NCBI RefSeq assembly: GCF_009914755.1
Contig: NC_060936.1
Length of the DNA: 64,000 bases
From: the human T2T-CHM13v2.0 reference genome, Homo sapiens
Strand: one strand, 5' to 3'
In this document: in pieces, positions 12,530 through 27,204 of the stretch
Layout of the letters: each line of letters opens with the position of its first letter
Numbering within the stretch: position 1 is the stretch's first letter
Program-made: the position numbers and the translations under genes
Notes under the pieces: model-generated
Database searches by the model: none
The model's input: the letters and a program-made list of their open reading frames with translations, nothing else
What the model was told of the DNA's origin: nothing

Positions 12530-12735
12530 GCCACATATTATGGTCACTAAGAGAATAGTTCTGGAACAAGTTTGCCTGTGTTTGAATTCCAGTGAGGCCT
12601 CAGACAAGCCACCAAATCTGTTTGTGCCTCCTTGCCTCAGTTTCCTCATCTGAAGGATAATAAACAGGGGCTTGTGAAGAATGAATGATAATTATTTTAT
12701 ATAATAGATATAGAACAATGCTATGCAAGTGTTTG
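12530..12735 (+). mobile_element. MIR SINE
   Basis: gtttgaattccag...gcctcagtttcctcatctg. Confidence 0.65.
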
Positions 12736-15244
12736 ATGATGGTGGTGATGATGATGGTGATGGTGAGAAACTGTCAATAAATAGAAATTCATAGGAATAT
12801 CAGGAAATCAGGAAAATAACTGTAGCACCTAAAATTCCTATAGCAAAACACTTTGCAGAAACATAAGACAATAGTTTGTATCCGCTGGAGCCTAAGTACA
12901 AAACAGCAATCCCTCTGCCCTCTGCAAACATTAGAAAGTGCAACAGAGAAGATTTTCTTGTGTTTGTTCCCAAGCCATAATCTGTACTCCATGGGCAAAC
13001 TGGGTCAGGCTTCCAAGTCCTGGCATCTAGGAATCCTGAGGCTCACTGACCTGGGAGAATGATGCTAGGGACAGAATAAGACTTTTAGAGCCCAGAGCCA
13101 TCCCATTGGCCACTCCCCTACTTCCATAACTGCAGGTAACTTTAGATTATAAGAAATACCTTATACAACCTTTCAGGGAGTAAAAAAGTAACAAAAGCTT
13201 AGGGTAATGAGCAGTGTACTTTGGAAAGGAAAATCCCACCATCTTTGTTTTTGAGACTCTGGTAGGTTTTATGAATTAAGTGTTTGCACAGATATATATG
13301 ACTACTTTCTTCAATGCAGCTGGCCAAGTTATTTTCTTCCTGCCCCTCCATTAAGCTCTGTCCCTGAGCCCTGCCCAGCACCAGTAGTAACTCAGGTTCC
13401 ATATAAGAGCTGGACTTTGGCAAAGCCCTGGTAGGGACTTTTGTGTGACAGTAGGAAGGTGCAGAGCAAACTGGTTTCCTCAAATTTTATAGATTCATGT
13501 CCAGACAGTCAAGGTCAGCCCTGGAATCCAAGAAACAACACCTTCAGGGGCCTTTTCCAAAGCTGTTCTTACCAGGCCACATTGCCTGCCCCAGGCTCCA
13601 TGGGGTGGTGTCAGAAGTGGGCTTAAAATGCAAGGCTATTCTGTTCAAACCTAAATGTAGAGTTCTATAAATTGTCATTTTGGGTACCCTTAAGAGCTAA
13701 GATAGATGAGATTTAGATTTGTAGCCTCCTGGTGAATTAAAAATAGACATGAAATATAGACAGGACCAAACAATCTTGCTGGGGGAGAGATGCCTTCCTG
13801 CCTTTGGGAGAAATGTCACAGGATCTGATCAGACCATGAACAAACACTCCAAGCCACAGTCATTGCTCCAAAAGTAGTGGATCTATGAGGTCAAAAGAAG
13901 GGCATAGCCAACACGACGCTTGACCCCAAGCCACCTCCCCTCCTACTCCAAGTTCACTCTTTCTCTGCTTTTCTTTCATGCAGAGGAAGAAGAAACAAAA
14001 CTAGGGTGAGGGACCAAGGAGACGTCAGCATGGAAACCCTTGGATAGCTGCCCACAGAGCTTTGCATTCATTCCTCGTATAACACAAAAGAGTTTCTGGA
14101 TGAAAAAGAGTTGAAGGTCAGAGTGAATGAACATGTGAGGTACTTAAAGATAGGCACTAAGGTTTTCACGCTGTGTTCTGGCAAACTTAGGATTTATTGA
14201 AGGTCATGGACTCTTTTGTAAGAGGAATTAGGCTTCAGGTGGGGTTTTTATGAAATTACTGGATTTTAGTGTACTTTTGAGGGATACTTCTCTTCTTCCA
14301 CCCCCAGATTATACCCTCATCCACACTCTACCTCTGGGCATTGTTGTCCCAGTGCAGTCATGGCCCTTGACATTAGCAAAGGTGAGAAATCTTCTGCTCT
14401 TTAGGTCTTGTTACTTAGAGTCAAATGTTACCTATTTATTATAATATATTAAAATCTTCTGCCCTTAATTTTAGGTCTTGTTACTTGTAGTCAAAAGTTA
14501 TCTATTATACTTGTTTTCCTGTAATAAGGAAAAGTATGAAAAGGGAAAAGGAAATATCATTACAACCTCTTTTAGTTTACTCCCAATTCGATCACCTTTG
14601 CAGTTACTTCTTATCTTAAAATCACTATGTTAGGGCTGGACAGATTCCTTCCAGTCCAGCTTGTGTATTTTACAGAAAAGCAAACTGAGGCCAGATGAGG
14701 TTAGATGACTCGTTTAGGCTCACTCACCTCAACTCTTTTTCTTATTAACATAAACTCTTGGCTTAAAACTGGCATATGTTTTTCTCCCCCTCCTTTTCCC
14801 CCCTTTACTCTTTGTCTTATGATTTATCTTCTTTTTCCTATTTGATTGGGATCTGCAAATGTATAAACCCTAATTTCAACAGGTTTGAAACCCCTGCCCA
14901 GTATTCTCAAGGATATTAGGCAATAACTCATTATTTTTTCTTTTTTTCTGGGACAGGGCAAAATGTTGACATTTATTTTGCTAATATACCCAGGATTTTT
15001 CTTCTATATTTATTTTTTAGAATAAAAGAAGTAAATAAAATGGAAGTTACTCATATTCTCCGAGAATGAAGAAAGGGAAAAGGTGATGTGGGGGACCCAA
15101 GACCTATTTGAAGAAGGGTAGCTGTAAGCGTGACTAGAAAACAGTAAGGGGCAGACCAAACAGCCTCTTTCCTTAAGAATGAGCCCTTGGTGTTGATTAT
15201 GTAACACTGGCGACTGCAATCCCCGAGGAAGCTGCCCGCCTGCC

Positions 15245-15510
15245 ACAGTGTGGTTCAGTGGTTAAAAACAGACTTGAGACCAGTCATATTGCCTCGTGTC
15301 CAAGCCTAGGTTTTGCTACCATTTACTAGCTATATATATACGTGGACAAATTCCTCAACTACTCTATACCCAAGTTCGTTCCCTCATCCATAAAACGGGG
15401 GTAATAAGAGCACCCATCTCATAGGGTCATTGTGAGGCATACATGGGTTTGTCTCTGTAATGCGCTGGGAAGAGTGCCTGGAACATTCTAAGGGCGCAAT
15501 CTGTGCTTAT
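15245..15510 (+). mobile_element. MIR SINE
   Basis: cagtggttaaaaaca...ctcatccataaaacgggggtaataagagcacccatctcatagggtcattgtgagg. Confidence 0.75.
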
Positions 15511-17599
15511 CATTATCATTACCTGTTATCAACCCTGTTTCCCAGCTCATCTTTGAATCTGAAAATATGGGCTAGAGATGGAAGAGGAGGGGAATTATTT
15601 TATTATACTTGACTAGGTGCTCAGGAACACTAGAGTTACAGCTTGATGAGAGCGCGAGGAATCCTTTTTCCTGTACCTAAACTCAGCTGTAACCATGAAG
15701 GCATGCATGCTTGCAGTTAACACTGAAATAGAGAGCAGTTTCCAGAGTGTGCTTTCCTAGAGAAATCCCTGATAGGCTTCAGACTTTTACATTAAAGTCT
15801 AGTTTCTGGCTAATATAATGAGTCCTCTCTGAAACTAGCCCAGTATGCACTGTGCTTTCTCATTGTGTCATCAGATCTACAACAGGAAGTGGCGCTCCTG
15901 CCACCAAGTCTTCAGCAGTGGAATTGGGTTTTAGACTCTGTTGCTAATGCCCCTATTGCCAATAAGCATTCAATATTTCTGCTTAGCCTTCTTCTTGTGC
16001 CATTGGTGATGCCCTTCTCAAAGATGGGCTGGTCCTCCAGGGGAGATACATGCTGGGACTTCTAAAAAGCCCCAGGATTTCAGAGCCAGCCCCACTATGA
16101 TGCATGAAAAGGGATAGTGGGCAAGTAATGGGACTTTCTGTTTTCCATCAGATCCTCAGTCCTTCCGGTTCCGTGTCAGTGCTTTTGCCTTCAGTGAGTT
16201 TGCAGTGGAAGTCTCAGGAGATATCACATAATTACTAGCACACAAGGAAGAAGTGGAAAGTAGAGAGGGAATCTAAAGACAATTTCCAATGGCAATTAAT
16301 TGGCTTGATGCCAAAACCTTCTGAAGGCCGTTTTATGCTGGAAAGAAAAAGAGTGATCTGGGAGTCCCTGATCCTGCTAATGAAATCATGCGGCAGGAAA
16401 ACCTTCCCATGTTTCTGATTTTTTTTTCTTTGTCTTTCCTACAACCACCAGTGCAAACACACAACACCCATAATGAATGGAGAACCTGGTTAACTGTGTA
16501 AACTCCTTCCAAAACAATCAGGTCTTAGCCCTCCCCACTGCATTTGAGAGAGCGACCAAATATGCAACTTAAAGCTAACACACATTGGACGTGGGAGTCC
16601 GTAGGTACAACAGAAATAAGCACCATCTTCGGCCATGCCGCCGGAACAGTTAGAAACATTCTTCACCTGCTCAACCTGAAAAAAGGACCCGGCTCCAGCT
16701 TATCTTGGTAAGTGGCTAATGTGAAGTGAGCTCGGGGAAGCCTTCCATGGCCTCAGAACCATCTCCTGCACTCTGAGCAGTGCCCTTGGCAACACAACAG
16801 AAGACTGGAGGAAGGGGGCGAGGCCCACCCCAGGAGAAGGAAAGGACAGCATGAAACATGATGCAGCTGCTGAACTTTCTTTTCATTACCTTTAAATTAT
16901 ATCAATTTCTAGACTTTGCGATATCTACTGAAAAGAGAAAAGAGACTTAAAAATAATCTATCTGCTTTTAACCTAATTCAAATTGAGCAATAATGAAAGT
17001 AATTCTGCCTGTGCAAAGACTGGACCACCACTTTCACAGCTCCCTGCCTCCCAGTTCTGTGTGGCTAGGAGTTTCCATTTCAACTCTCCTGCTCTGAAGC
17101 AAGAAAAACACAGGCCTCACTGCTGTCGCCTCTGGCCCTGTGTTACCCCTTACCTGGAGTGACTCACCACATCAGCCCAGGGTGTGAGCGAGGGCAGGGC
17201 TTGTGTACCAAAGCTGGAGGAATGTGCACCATCTCTCCAGCTTCCTTAATCACCTGTGCCTGAAGGGCCTCTGTTAGAAATGCCCAGTACCTCCTGGATC
17301 ATTAAATCATTGATGTGCTCCATAGTCCAAGTGGAATTGGGGGAAGAGGTGACCAAGATGTTGCTTGGTCAGCTGAGGTTGGAGTGGTAGAGTGGGAACG
17401 TGGTGGGTAGAGGAGGAGGTGTTTGCGTCACCAACCCCCAAGCCTTTGTCAAGATCCTAGCACTCCAAGCCCTTCCTTGATCTTCTGCCATGAGGTATAT
17501 TTTATTATCACTGGATCTATAGATCTTTGAGTCATCTGAGCTTCTCCTCTTGGTCACAGGATAAGAAATGAGGGCAAGAGGGAAAGGAAATGTAAAAGC

Positions 17600-18110
17600 T
17601 TTAATATACCTATTTTGTGCTAGTCATTGTTCTAGGAGCTGGATATATAGGACCAATAAAACAGACAAGCTCACTACATCCAGAAGGAGAGACAGACAAT
17701 GAAAAGACAAATAAATAGAACATTTTAGATAGTGGGCAAGTGCTATGAAGAGGGTGCTCTTACAGAAGAGAGAAAAGAGGTAGGGCAATATTGGGAAGGA
17801 TGGTGAGGGAAGGACATGCCATTTGATCCTTAACCTGAATAATAAATGATAGCCAGCCAACAATATGGGGAAAAAGCATTATAGGTAGAAGGAACGGCAA
17901 ATGCCAATCCCAGGAATGAGGCTGGGCAATCAGAGCAACAGAAAGAAGACATGGGTCCCTTGATCAGAGTGTCTGTGGGGCCAGCTACTACCGCACGGGA
18001 ATGAAGTGGTCAGTTGCTGTCAGATTGCAGAGGGGCTTACAAGCCACTGTAAGGAAGTTGGGAGCCATTGGAGTGTTTGCAAGCAGTAGAGTGACATGAA
18101 GTTTATCACC
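17600..18110 (-). mobile_element. L2 fragment
   Basis: Typical antisense L2 3' sequence, for example gtgctagtcattgttctagg and ggagccattggagtgtttgcaagcag. Confidence 0.7.
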
Positions 18111-18781
18111 TGTGTTTCCCACTCACACATGTGACACACACATATATACCCAGACATAAACACAGGGAAGATATATGAGTGGGCAGAGGCACAGTTTGAG
18201 TTGTCAAAATATTTTATGTTTTTATAATTGACTGTTACTACAAATTGGATATTTAGAAAGATGAACAATTTCTCAGAAGTATAAAAGGAAGGGCTAGATT
18301 AGAAAATAAGTTAAGTATTTCTTGGAAACCGTTTTATAAAATTAATACCTGAAATGAAACAGCACCATTCACACAGAAGTCATGCTGGACATTGACTTTT
18401 GAAAGCCAACATTTAAGACATTTCTTCGTGACCAGAACAGGGTCACAATAGGGAAGAAAAAGCTGGATGGCTTTTTCACTAAGCCCCTTGGACTTACATA
18501 TCCATTAAGAGAAGGCACAACTTGGTTTAAGGAACAAAAAACCAGTAATTTACAAGTGGCGTGGTTTATCCATATTTACTCAGAGCACCAAGCCTCCCTC
18601 TGAGACTCAGAGGAGAACTTTCAGTTTTACCCTCGTGCTTAACCACAGTGGTCTCTCTTTGTCCAAAGACATTGCACCACCCTGGAAGACACAGTCAATG
18701 AAAGTTCTTGGAGCAAGTAAACGTTTTGGGGTGTTGACCTATGAAATTCCTTCAAATACTTCTTTTATTTTGACTGACTGA

Positions 18782-18846
18782 CTTCCTTCCTTCCTTCCTT
18801 CCTTCCTTCTTTCCTCCCTCCCACCCTCCCTCTCTTCCTTCCTTCC
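18782..18846. repeat. (TTCC)n/(CCCT)n simple repeat
   Basis: Read directly from the sequence. Confidence 0.9.
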
Positions 18847-19511
18847 ATCTTTATTTTCTTTCAAAAACTTTAAACAGGAGAGGCGGACAAATCTGAAAGA
18901 AAAGGGAGGATTATTTTTATTACAAACTGTGAGTATATCCAATATGGCTAAAATTACATAATACTATTCTTCTGAAAGGATGGAGTTTTAAAAACCTGGT
19001 ATTCTCTGAGACTACAAGTAAACAGACTTCATAGCCACAGAGCTTCTTGTTGTTGAAAGCAAATATGTACAGAAGGCAAACAAATATCTTTTTTAAAAAA
19101 CCAAAGTTAATGTTGAAGAAAATTATGATGGTCTTGAACAGAGTAGTTATTAGCAAAGAATACATGAAAACATGAATTACTTGTAGGTATATTCAGTTCA
19201 TCTTATTTGCTCTTTACCAACTTAAAAGAAAGATATAATGAAACAAAATATTTTAAGAGTAAAAAACAGAAGTCAAATAGTAAATAAAATAGGGAGATCT
19301 ACATAAAATAGGAGAATCTACTATAAACAAGACAAATAAAATACTTAACTCTGAAAAATACGGACACTTCCCATTATCATGTATTTTCCTTTCATAGTGT
19401 TTCCAGAGCTCCAAATAAATTAGATTTTAAAATTTCATTTTCACCTCAGATATATTTCCTTCATCTGAACAGACATTGGAAGCTAGCTCAATGATTAAAA
19501 ATGTAAAAAAT

Positions 19512-20533
19512 AATGGTAGACTGAAGTCCTACAACAATATCCGTGTTCCAATCCTTAGGATCCTGTAAATCAGTGGGCCCCAACCTTTTTGGCACCAGGG
19601 ATCAGTTTTGTGGAAGACAGTTTTTCCATGGAGGGGGTAGAAGGGTCATGGTTTTGGGATGATTCTAACATACTATATTTATTGTGCACTTTATTTCTAT
19701 TGTTATTACACTATAATAGATAATGAAATAATTATACCACTCAGCATAATGTAGAATCAGTGAGAGTGCTGAGCTTGTTTTCCTGCAACTAGATGGTCCC
19801 ACCTGGGGGTGATGGGAGAGAGTGACAGATCATCAGGCATTAGATTCTCAAAAGGAGCACACAACCTAGATCCCTCACATGCACAGTTCACCATAAGGTT
19901 GGCGCTCCTATGAGAATCTAATGGTGCCACTGATCTGACATGAGGCAGAGCTCAGGCAGTAATGTGAGCAATGGGTAGCAGCTGTAAATACAGACGAAGC
20001 TTTGCTAGCTTGACTGCCGCTCACCTCCTTCTATGTGGCCTGGTTCCTAACAGGCCTAGGACCTGTACTGGTTTGTGGTCTGGGGGTTAGGGGCACCTGT
20101 AATGTTACCTTATGCTGTAAATGTTACCTTATATGGAAAAAAGGGACTTTGCAGACATGATTAAGTGAAGGATCTTGAAGTGGGGAGGTTATCCTGGACT
20201 ACCCAGGAGGGCTCTAAGTGCAATCACATGTATCCTCATAAGAGAGACACAGAGGGAGTTTGACGCAGAAGAGGAGAAGGCAATCTGACCAGAGATTGGT
20301 GTGATGTGGCCACCAACCAAGGAATGCTGGCAGCCACCAGGAGCTGGAAGGGGCAAGAAGTGGATTTACCCCTAGAGGCTTTGGAAGATCTGCAGCCCTG
20401 TCAACTCACACCTGGTTTTCAGGGTGGTGAAATGAATTTCAGATTTGTGGACTATCAAACTACTACAGATAATTTCTGTTGTTTTTGGACATCCAGTTTG
20501 TGGTATTTGTTACAGCAATAGGAAATGCATACA
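19512..20533 (+). mobile_element. MLT1C/D-type MaLR LTR, interrupted by MER1A
   Basis: gttaccttatatggaaaaaagggactttgcagacatgattaag ... ttgttacagcaataggaaatgcataca; the 5' part lies before 19571. Confidence 0.8.
19571..20099 (-). mobile_element. MER1A (hAT-Charlie non-autonomous DNA transposon), full length
   Basis: Termini cagtgggccccaacc / ggttaggggcacctg, ~530 bp, internal sequence matches MER1A. The 8-mer ctgtaaat occurs on both sides. Confidence 0.9.
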
Positions 20534-20801
20534 AAAGCTATTCTGAATTAATGCTTACTGACACAGGAAGTGAAAAGGGTGGCGAGGGGGCAGAATTTTT
20601 AAAAAATGAGATAGCATGAAAATTATGTGCATTTCTACACCAAAGGAACAAACCCCAGTACTTGTTTCATTAGGTTTAGGGCATGTGTTTTTAAAGAAAA
20701 GCACATAATAGCTAGGTCATATTGGCTGGTAAGGTTTTAGTGCTAATCATATAGGAAGTGTTGACTTTTCACTTGTTGAAGGGACTACAAGCTCTGAAAC
20801 C

Positions 20802-21116
20802 TTTTTTTTCTTTTTCCTTTTTTTTTTTTTTTTTTGAGGCAGGGTCTCGCTCTCTTGCCAGGCTGTAGTGCAGTAGTGCAATCATGGCTCACTGCAGCCT
20901 CAACCTCCTTGGCTCAAGCTGTCTTCCCACCTCAGCCTCTCGAGTAGCTGGGACTACAGGTGCGTGTCATGATGCCAGGCTAACTTCTGTATTTTTTTGT
21001 AGAGATGAGGTCTTGCCATGTTGCCCAGGCTGGTCTTGAACTCATGAAGTCAAGCAATCTGACCACCTCAGCCTCCCAAAGTACTAGAATTATAGGCATG
21101 AGCCACTGCACCCACC
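20802..21116 (-). mobile_element. Alu (AluJ-like)
   Basis: Poly-T tail and diverged dimeric Alu body. Confidence 0.93.
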
Positions 21117-21364
21117 TGAAATATTTTTTAAATAAGTCAACATAGTACATGCAGATGATTAAAAAAAAATAGTGCAGGCAGATTTGGACTGAGCACTAAT
21201 TGGCTAATTCTACGCTCCCAAACTTCCCAGCCCCACTCTTCATTGGAGGCAGTGCTTCTGATGGTTGTTTTCACAATTCCAAATAACATGATTATATCTC
21301 TATTATCAACTTTAGGTTGGGGGGAATTCCAATGACCTCTCTATTAAGAAAGATGAAGATTCAG

Positions 21365-21541
21365 CTCTGAGGTTTTCTAGCTGGATGCAGATTAAAATCA
21401 CCTGAAGAGCTTTTAAAACATATCTATAACTTGTCCCCACCCCTATAAATTCTGACTTATTTTGTCTTGGGCGGGTTCTAAGTTATTAGTCATTTTTCAA
21501 GATATTCAGATGATTCTGCTGTGAAATCAAGGCTGAGAACT
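21365..21541. mobile_element. MER5-family DNA transposon remnant
   Basis: cagattaaaatcacctgaagagctttt...gatgattctgctgtg...ggctgagaac. Confidence 0.6.
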
Positions 21542-21679
21542 AACTTGGCTCGCATTCAACCCCTGAATTCCTTCCTTCCTTCCTCCTAACATTTACTAGT
21601 ATTACATACTTTCTTCTTTTTTTGTCATTCTTACAAGTAGGTGTTTTTATGGTATTAATCTTTATTCAATTAATCTTTA

Positions 21680-21991
<312 letters not shown>

Positions 21992-22049
21992 TCATTAAAT
22001 ATCTATTTCTTGTCTGTAAACCTTGGATGCCATTTTCCTGATTCCTAAC

Positions 22050-22560
22050 TGTAGTAGGCAGAATTCTAAGATGATCCCCCAAGTTTCTATCCCTTGATGT
22101 GCATACCTTGTGTAATCCTTTTCCTTTAAGTGTGGGCAGGGTCCGTTACTAATCAATTAAGTTTGAGTTAATCAACGGGAGGTGTCCTGGGTGGGCCTGA
22201 CCTAATCAGGCGAGTCATTTAAAAGAAAGTGAAGCAACAGAGATGCTTTCCAGCTGGCCTGGAAGAAAGCAAACAGCCATGTCATGAACTGCCTCTGGAA
22301 TATTCCATGAGGAACACCAATCTTACAACAACAAGGAGCTGAAAATCTACCACAGTCAGTGGGCTGGGAAGAGGGCCCCCACCTACGATTAGAGTGCAGC
22401 CCTGGCTGACTCCTTGATTGCAGCTTGGCAAGACATTGAGCAGAAAACCCAGCTGGTTCATGCCAAGACGTCTGACCCACGAAAACTAGGAGATAATGAG
22501 TGTTGTTTTAGGCTGCTAAGTTTGTGGTAATTTGTTATGTAGCAAGAGAAAGCTAAAATA
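22050..22560 (+). mobile_element. MLT1E/F-type MaLR solo LTR
   Basis: tgtagtaggcagaattctaagatg...aagtttgtggtaatttgttat; 5-bp flanks ctaac/ctagc. Confidence 0.75.
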
Positions 22561-22689
22561 CTAGCCAAACAAGATGAAGATATCGTGACTCTTACTGTTC
22601 CCTTAATATCACTTCTCTGTTTCCTGAATCCTAGTTTCTATCCACTACACGTTTATTTTTATATTTTCAAGGATAATAATATTTACATT

Positions 22690-23235
<546 letters not shown>

Positions 23236-23844
23236 AATATTAATAGTAACTTAAGATTATGTTTATGCTTTTCATGATTGGACTATTAGTTTATTCTAAA
23301 ACTTAAAAAGTAATAAATTGCGTTTACTTAAATGAGACTAAGTAAATTTCTTTATAGCAGTGCCAAATGGTGTGCTCATATTTAGTATCTTTATCTGCAG
23401 ATCCATTGTCATGACTTCTGAGCTGTTTGAAAGAGAATGTTCTCAGAATCAAGGTAAAATGGATACTATTTTTTTCTTATACTTCATCAATCCTCAAAAA
23501 TTTGCCATATTTTAGCTTATTTCAGATAGAACAATAACTTTTGTGTACAGATTTAAAATTTTATCTTCCTAACAAAAAATTATTTTATAATGCTTAAAAA
23601 TCATCCAGTCTTTTAAGAATTCAAAAAATTCCAGGAATCTCCTCTCTCTCCGGAAATATCCCTCAGCTCCAATCTGGACTGGTTCTCTAAGCTGTGAAAT
23701 GGCAGCCAACCTGAGATATTCTGGTAAATACTTGAACACTTTTTTTCTAGTGATCAGAAAAAAAAAAAAAAAGATAGTGGTATAAAGTACATTTTCCTGA
23801 AAACTTCTGTCAGTATGATAATCACAGATTGGAATAGTCTCATG

Positions 23845-24090
23845 AGGAAGTGGACCAGCTTTGAGGTCAAACACTCCTGAGTTCTAACCCCACCTCATCA
23901 TTTCCTCACCAGGAGATCTTAGGCAAATAATGAACTTTTCAGAGCCTCAGTGTCATCTTTAGAATGATGATAACAGCACATGGCTGATAATTCTGAAGAT
24001 GGCAAATTAAATGAGATAGTGAATGTAAGCCCTGTGCATGGTACCTGGTACATAGTAAATGCTTACTAAATGGGAGCTATAATCATTATT
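23845..24090 (+). mobile_element. MIR SINE
   Basis: gagcctcagtgtcatc...taaatgagatagtgaatgtaag...tggtacatagtaaatgctt. Confidence 0.65.
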
Positions 24091-24849
24091 AGTCAATGAC
24101 TGAAGCTAATCACCCTTTCAGCATTTACTTAACCCATTCAATAAGAATTATTTATTTTTAACTGGAATATAAAACACAAAAGAAAAAGCATACAAAATGC
24201 AAACATTCTGTTTAACCAATAATAGTAAAATGAACACATAGATGACAAATAAACAGGTTTAAAAAATCCATTGCTATCATCCCTCACTACCTCCCAACCC
24301 TTTACTTCTTCCCCATCAGAAATACTTCCTTGTACCTTAAGAGTGACAGTTATTTAATTCTGATTTTCTTAAACTTATATGGTAAATACTTCCATGCTAT
24401 GTTTTTAGTTTTATTACCTAAAGATAAGCCATAGATGACTTATGAGTTGCCTAAGAAAGTTTGGTGTATTGATTTCATATTTATTGAGGGACATAGTGTG
24501 CAAAAACTGCACAGAAACTAATAAAGTGATATACTGTTTGCTCTTCAGCAGCTTATAGTGATGAAAAATAAAGCCATGCTCTGTTTCCAGCTTGTCTGAT
24601 TCCCTTTTATGACATTTTCTTATGGAGCATACCAATATTTACTGAAAGCAAAAGTACGATTAGAAATTGTTCTTTTTAGAACTGTTTTCAAAGCCAACTT
24701 TGTGCTCACATCCCATGGCATGAAGAGAGAGGGAAATGGAAAGGGGCTTAACATTTATTTAGTACCTGCTACATGCTCAGCAATGTGCTAAAGTTTTTTT
24801 CCATTTTACTTGTTTGTTAACAACCATCTAATACGGTGGATATGATAAA

Positions 24850-25149
24850 GGAGAAAAAAATAGGTTTCTCTCTACCCTTAATAATTCTTAACTGGAACTC
24901 TCCATAACAAAATATACAGATTAACAAGACAAAAACAAACAGAAGCTTACTAACATGTATATCTCATATATACATTGGAGAAATCCAGATAAATGAGTAA
25001 ATAAATCTCTAGAGTAGATCTCAAAGAAAGAGACTACTCCTGTGTCTTTAGTTTCTCTAAATAACCAGCTCAAAATAATCAATTTTCCAAATAGGCATAT
25101 TTTGGGGGCTACAGTCATATTTTGGGGTCATGTGTCCTGAACCCCACCA
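24850..25149 (-). mobile_element. ERV1-class LTR fragment (family uncertain, MER34/LTR48-like group)
   Basis: cagattaacaagacaaaaacaaacagaag ... ggcatattttgggg...tcctgaaccccacca resembles a reversed LTR 5' end. Confidence 0.45.
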
Positions 25150-25249
25150 ATATCATTAACCCTATTTAACTTGTGAGGAAATTGAGATAATGAATAGAAA
25201 GTTGATACAATACAATCTTAAAAATGGTAATGGTAATTGGTGAGACCTC

Positions 25250-25953
25250 CATGTCACTACATCAGAAAAGTATAATAATTATAAATGTAAATGCACCTAA
25301 CAATAGAGCCCCAACATGCATGAAAAAAATCTAATAGAATTAAAATAGAATTAGAAAACTCAACAATTATAGTTGGAGATTTCAATACCATTCTCAATAA
25401 TTAATAGAAATGTTGAACAAAAAATTATCAGAAATATAGAAAACCTTATACTATCAACTAACTCAACCCAAGTGGCATATAGAAACATTCTATCCAACAA
25501 CTGCGAATACACATTCTTTTCAAGCACACATGGTTAGACCATAATAGGCCATATGCTTGGCCCTAAAACAAGTCTCAATAAACTTAAGAGAATTAAGATT
25601 ATACAAAGTATGCTCTCCAATCACAACAAAATTAGAAATCAACAACAAAAAGAAATCTCAGAAATTCCTAAATATTGGAAAATTACATAACATGCTTCTA
25701 AATAACTCATGGTTCAAAGAAGAAATCACAACGAAAATTAGAAAATATTTTAGCCAAAATATGCCAAAATTAAAGCAGTGCTTAGAGGCAAATTTATAGT
25801 TTTAAATGCCTGTATCAAGAAAGAAGAAAGCTGCAAATCAATAACCTAAGTTTTCACTTAAAGAAACTAAAAAATGAAAGGCAGTTGTGTTTTCTTTTAG
25901 TAATCAAGAAAACTGACAAACTATCAGCTAGACTGAACAAGAAAAAAAGAGAG
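25250..25953 (+). mobile_element. Ancient L1M ORF2 endonuclease region, part 1
   Basis: Degenerate ORF2 (aatgcacctaacaatagagcc; gttggagatttcaatacc; ORF-track peptide LHNMLLNNSWFKEEI). Confidence 0.85.
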
Positions 25954-26760
25954 AAGACACAAATTAACAGGTGAGGCCAAGATGGCTGACTAGAATTAGC
26001 GCCGCTTGGAGGTTCCCATAAAAAAAAAAAAACATGATAAGCATGTGAATCCTTCACCAGCAACCGAGGTATCCAGGTTCTCTCATCAAAATTGACTACA
26101 AGGCTGGCATGACCCATGGAGAGAAGGAGGAGCAGTGTGGTGCCACTTGAGACCCACATGGGGAAGAGGAACCCCCAACCCTAGTCAAGGGAGGTGGCAA
26201 GAGAGCTCATACCCAGCTGGGGAAACTGCTTTTTCCATGGAGCTGCACAACCCACAGATTGGAAGATCCCACTTGCAAACCCACACCTTTGGGGCCTAGT
26301 GTCCCAACCCTGGAATGCACAGATTCTTACAGCTTCTCAGCTGGAATCTGCTTAAGCCTACCAAATTCCCAGGGGAAGGGGTGACCATCACCAGATGGGG
26401 CTGCCTGCTGTCTAAGCCCTTTGAGCTTGGGGGAGGAGCAACAACCAGCACTGGGACTGGGAACTGCCTAACATGCTAAGCTCCCTGGGCAGGTGAAGGG
26501 CAGCACCCATTTCTATAGCTCCAGGCTGCGCTTTTCTCCTGCTGGAGCCAGGGAGGCTGGATGGCTTGTTCCCAGGACTTGTCCCTACAGTCCAACACAT
26601 GGACTGTGGCAGTCTGTGGCCAGAGTGCCTCTTCAGGTCTAACCTTAACCCATCCTTTCTCAGTGGGTGGGGCTTCCCTGCAAGATCTCCAATAACTCTA
26701 GCCAGAGGCTCAGGGACAGAATTCAGATCTCCCTAGGCCTGAATCCCTAGCGGGAGGGGT

Positions 26761-27204
26761 TGTAGATCGGTCAGGGTGGTGGGAAAATTGTAGAAAGATG
26801 CAAACCTTCTTGGAAGGCTGGAAGGTTTTGCAAAAGCTTCAGAAGAGGGTTTGGCTGAAGGCAGCTGAATTATCTCAGAGTAGATAACAAGGAAGTGTAA
26901 GGGACTTGATCTAGATAAGTTAGTTTACTTAGGCCTCAGGCCTCAGAACTGACTACTCTCTGGGGGCAGGGGTGACCATGTGAATTGCCCACAAGTGTGT
27001 TGACTCAAGGCCTTTGTCATTAAATCTATACTGAATAAATGCCCGCAGCGCCAGCTGGTTGAGATGCGGCTGCTGACTGTTTACAGCACCCTCATCAGGG
27101 TCTGTGGGTGGCCAGGTCCCCTAGCCCACTCTTTCACTGGATATCTATGTCTGAGTGCTCTGTTCATCTGTCATTCGGCCAAGGTCTGTGGGTTGGACCT
27201 GGAA
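26761..27204 (+). mobile_element. Solo LTR22 (HERV-K HML-5) inside the L1 5' UTR
   Basis: Starts tgtagatcggtcagggtggtgggaaaattgtagaaagatgcaaacc; AATAAA at 27034; exact 6-bp TSD aggggt at 26755-26760 and 27205-27210. Confidence 0.85.
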
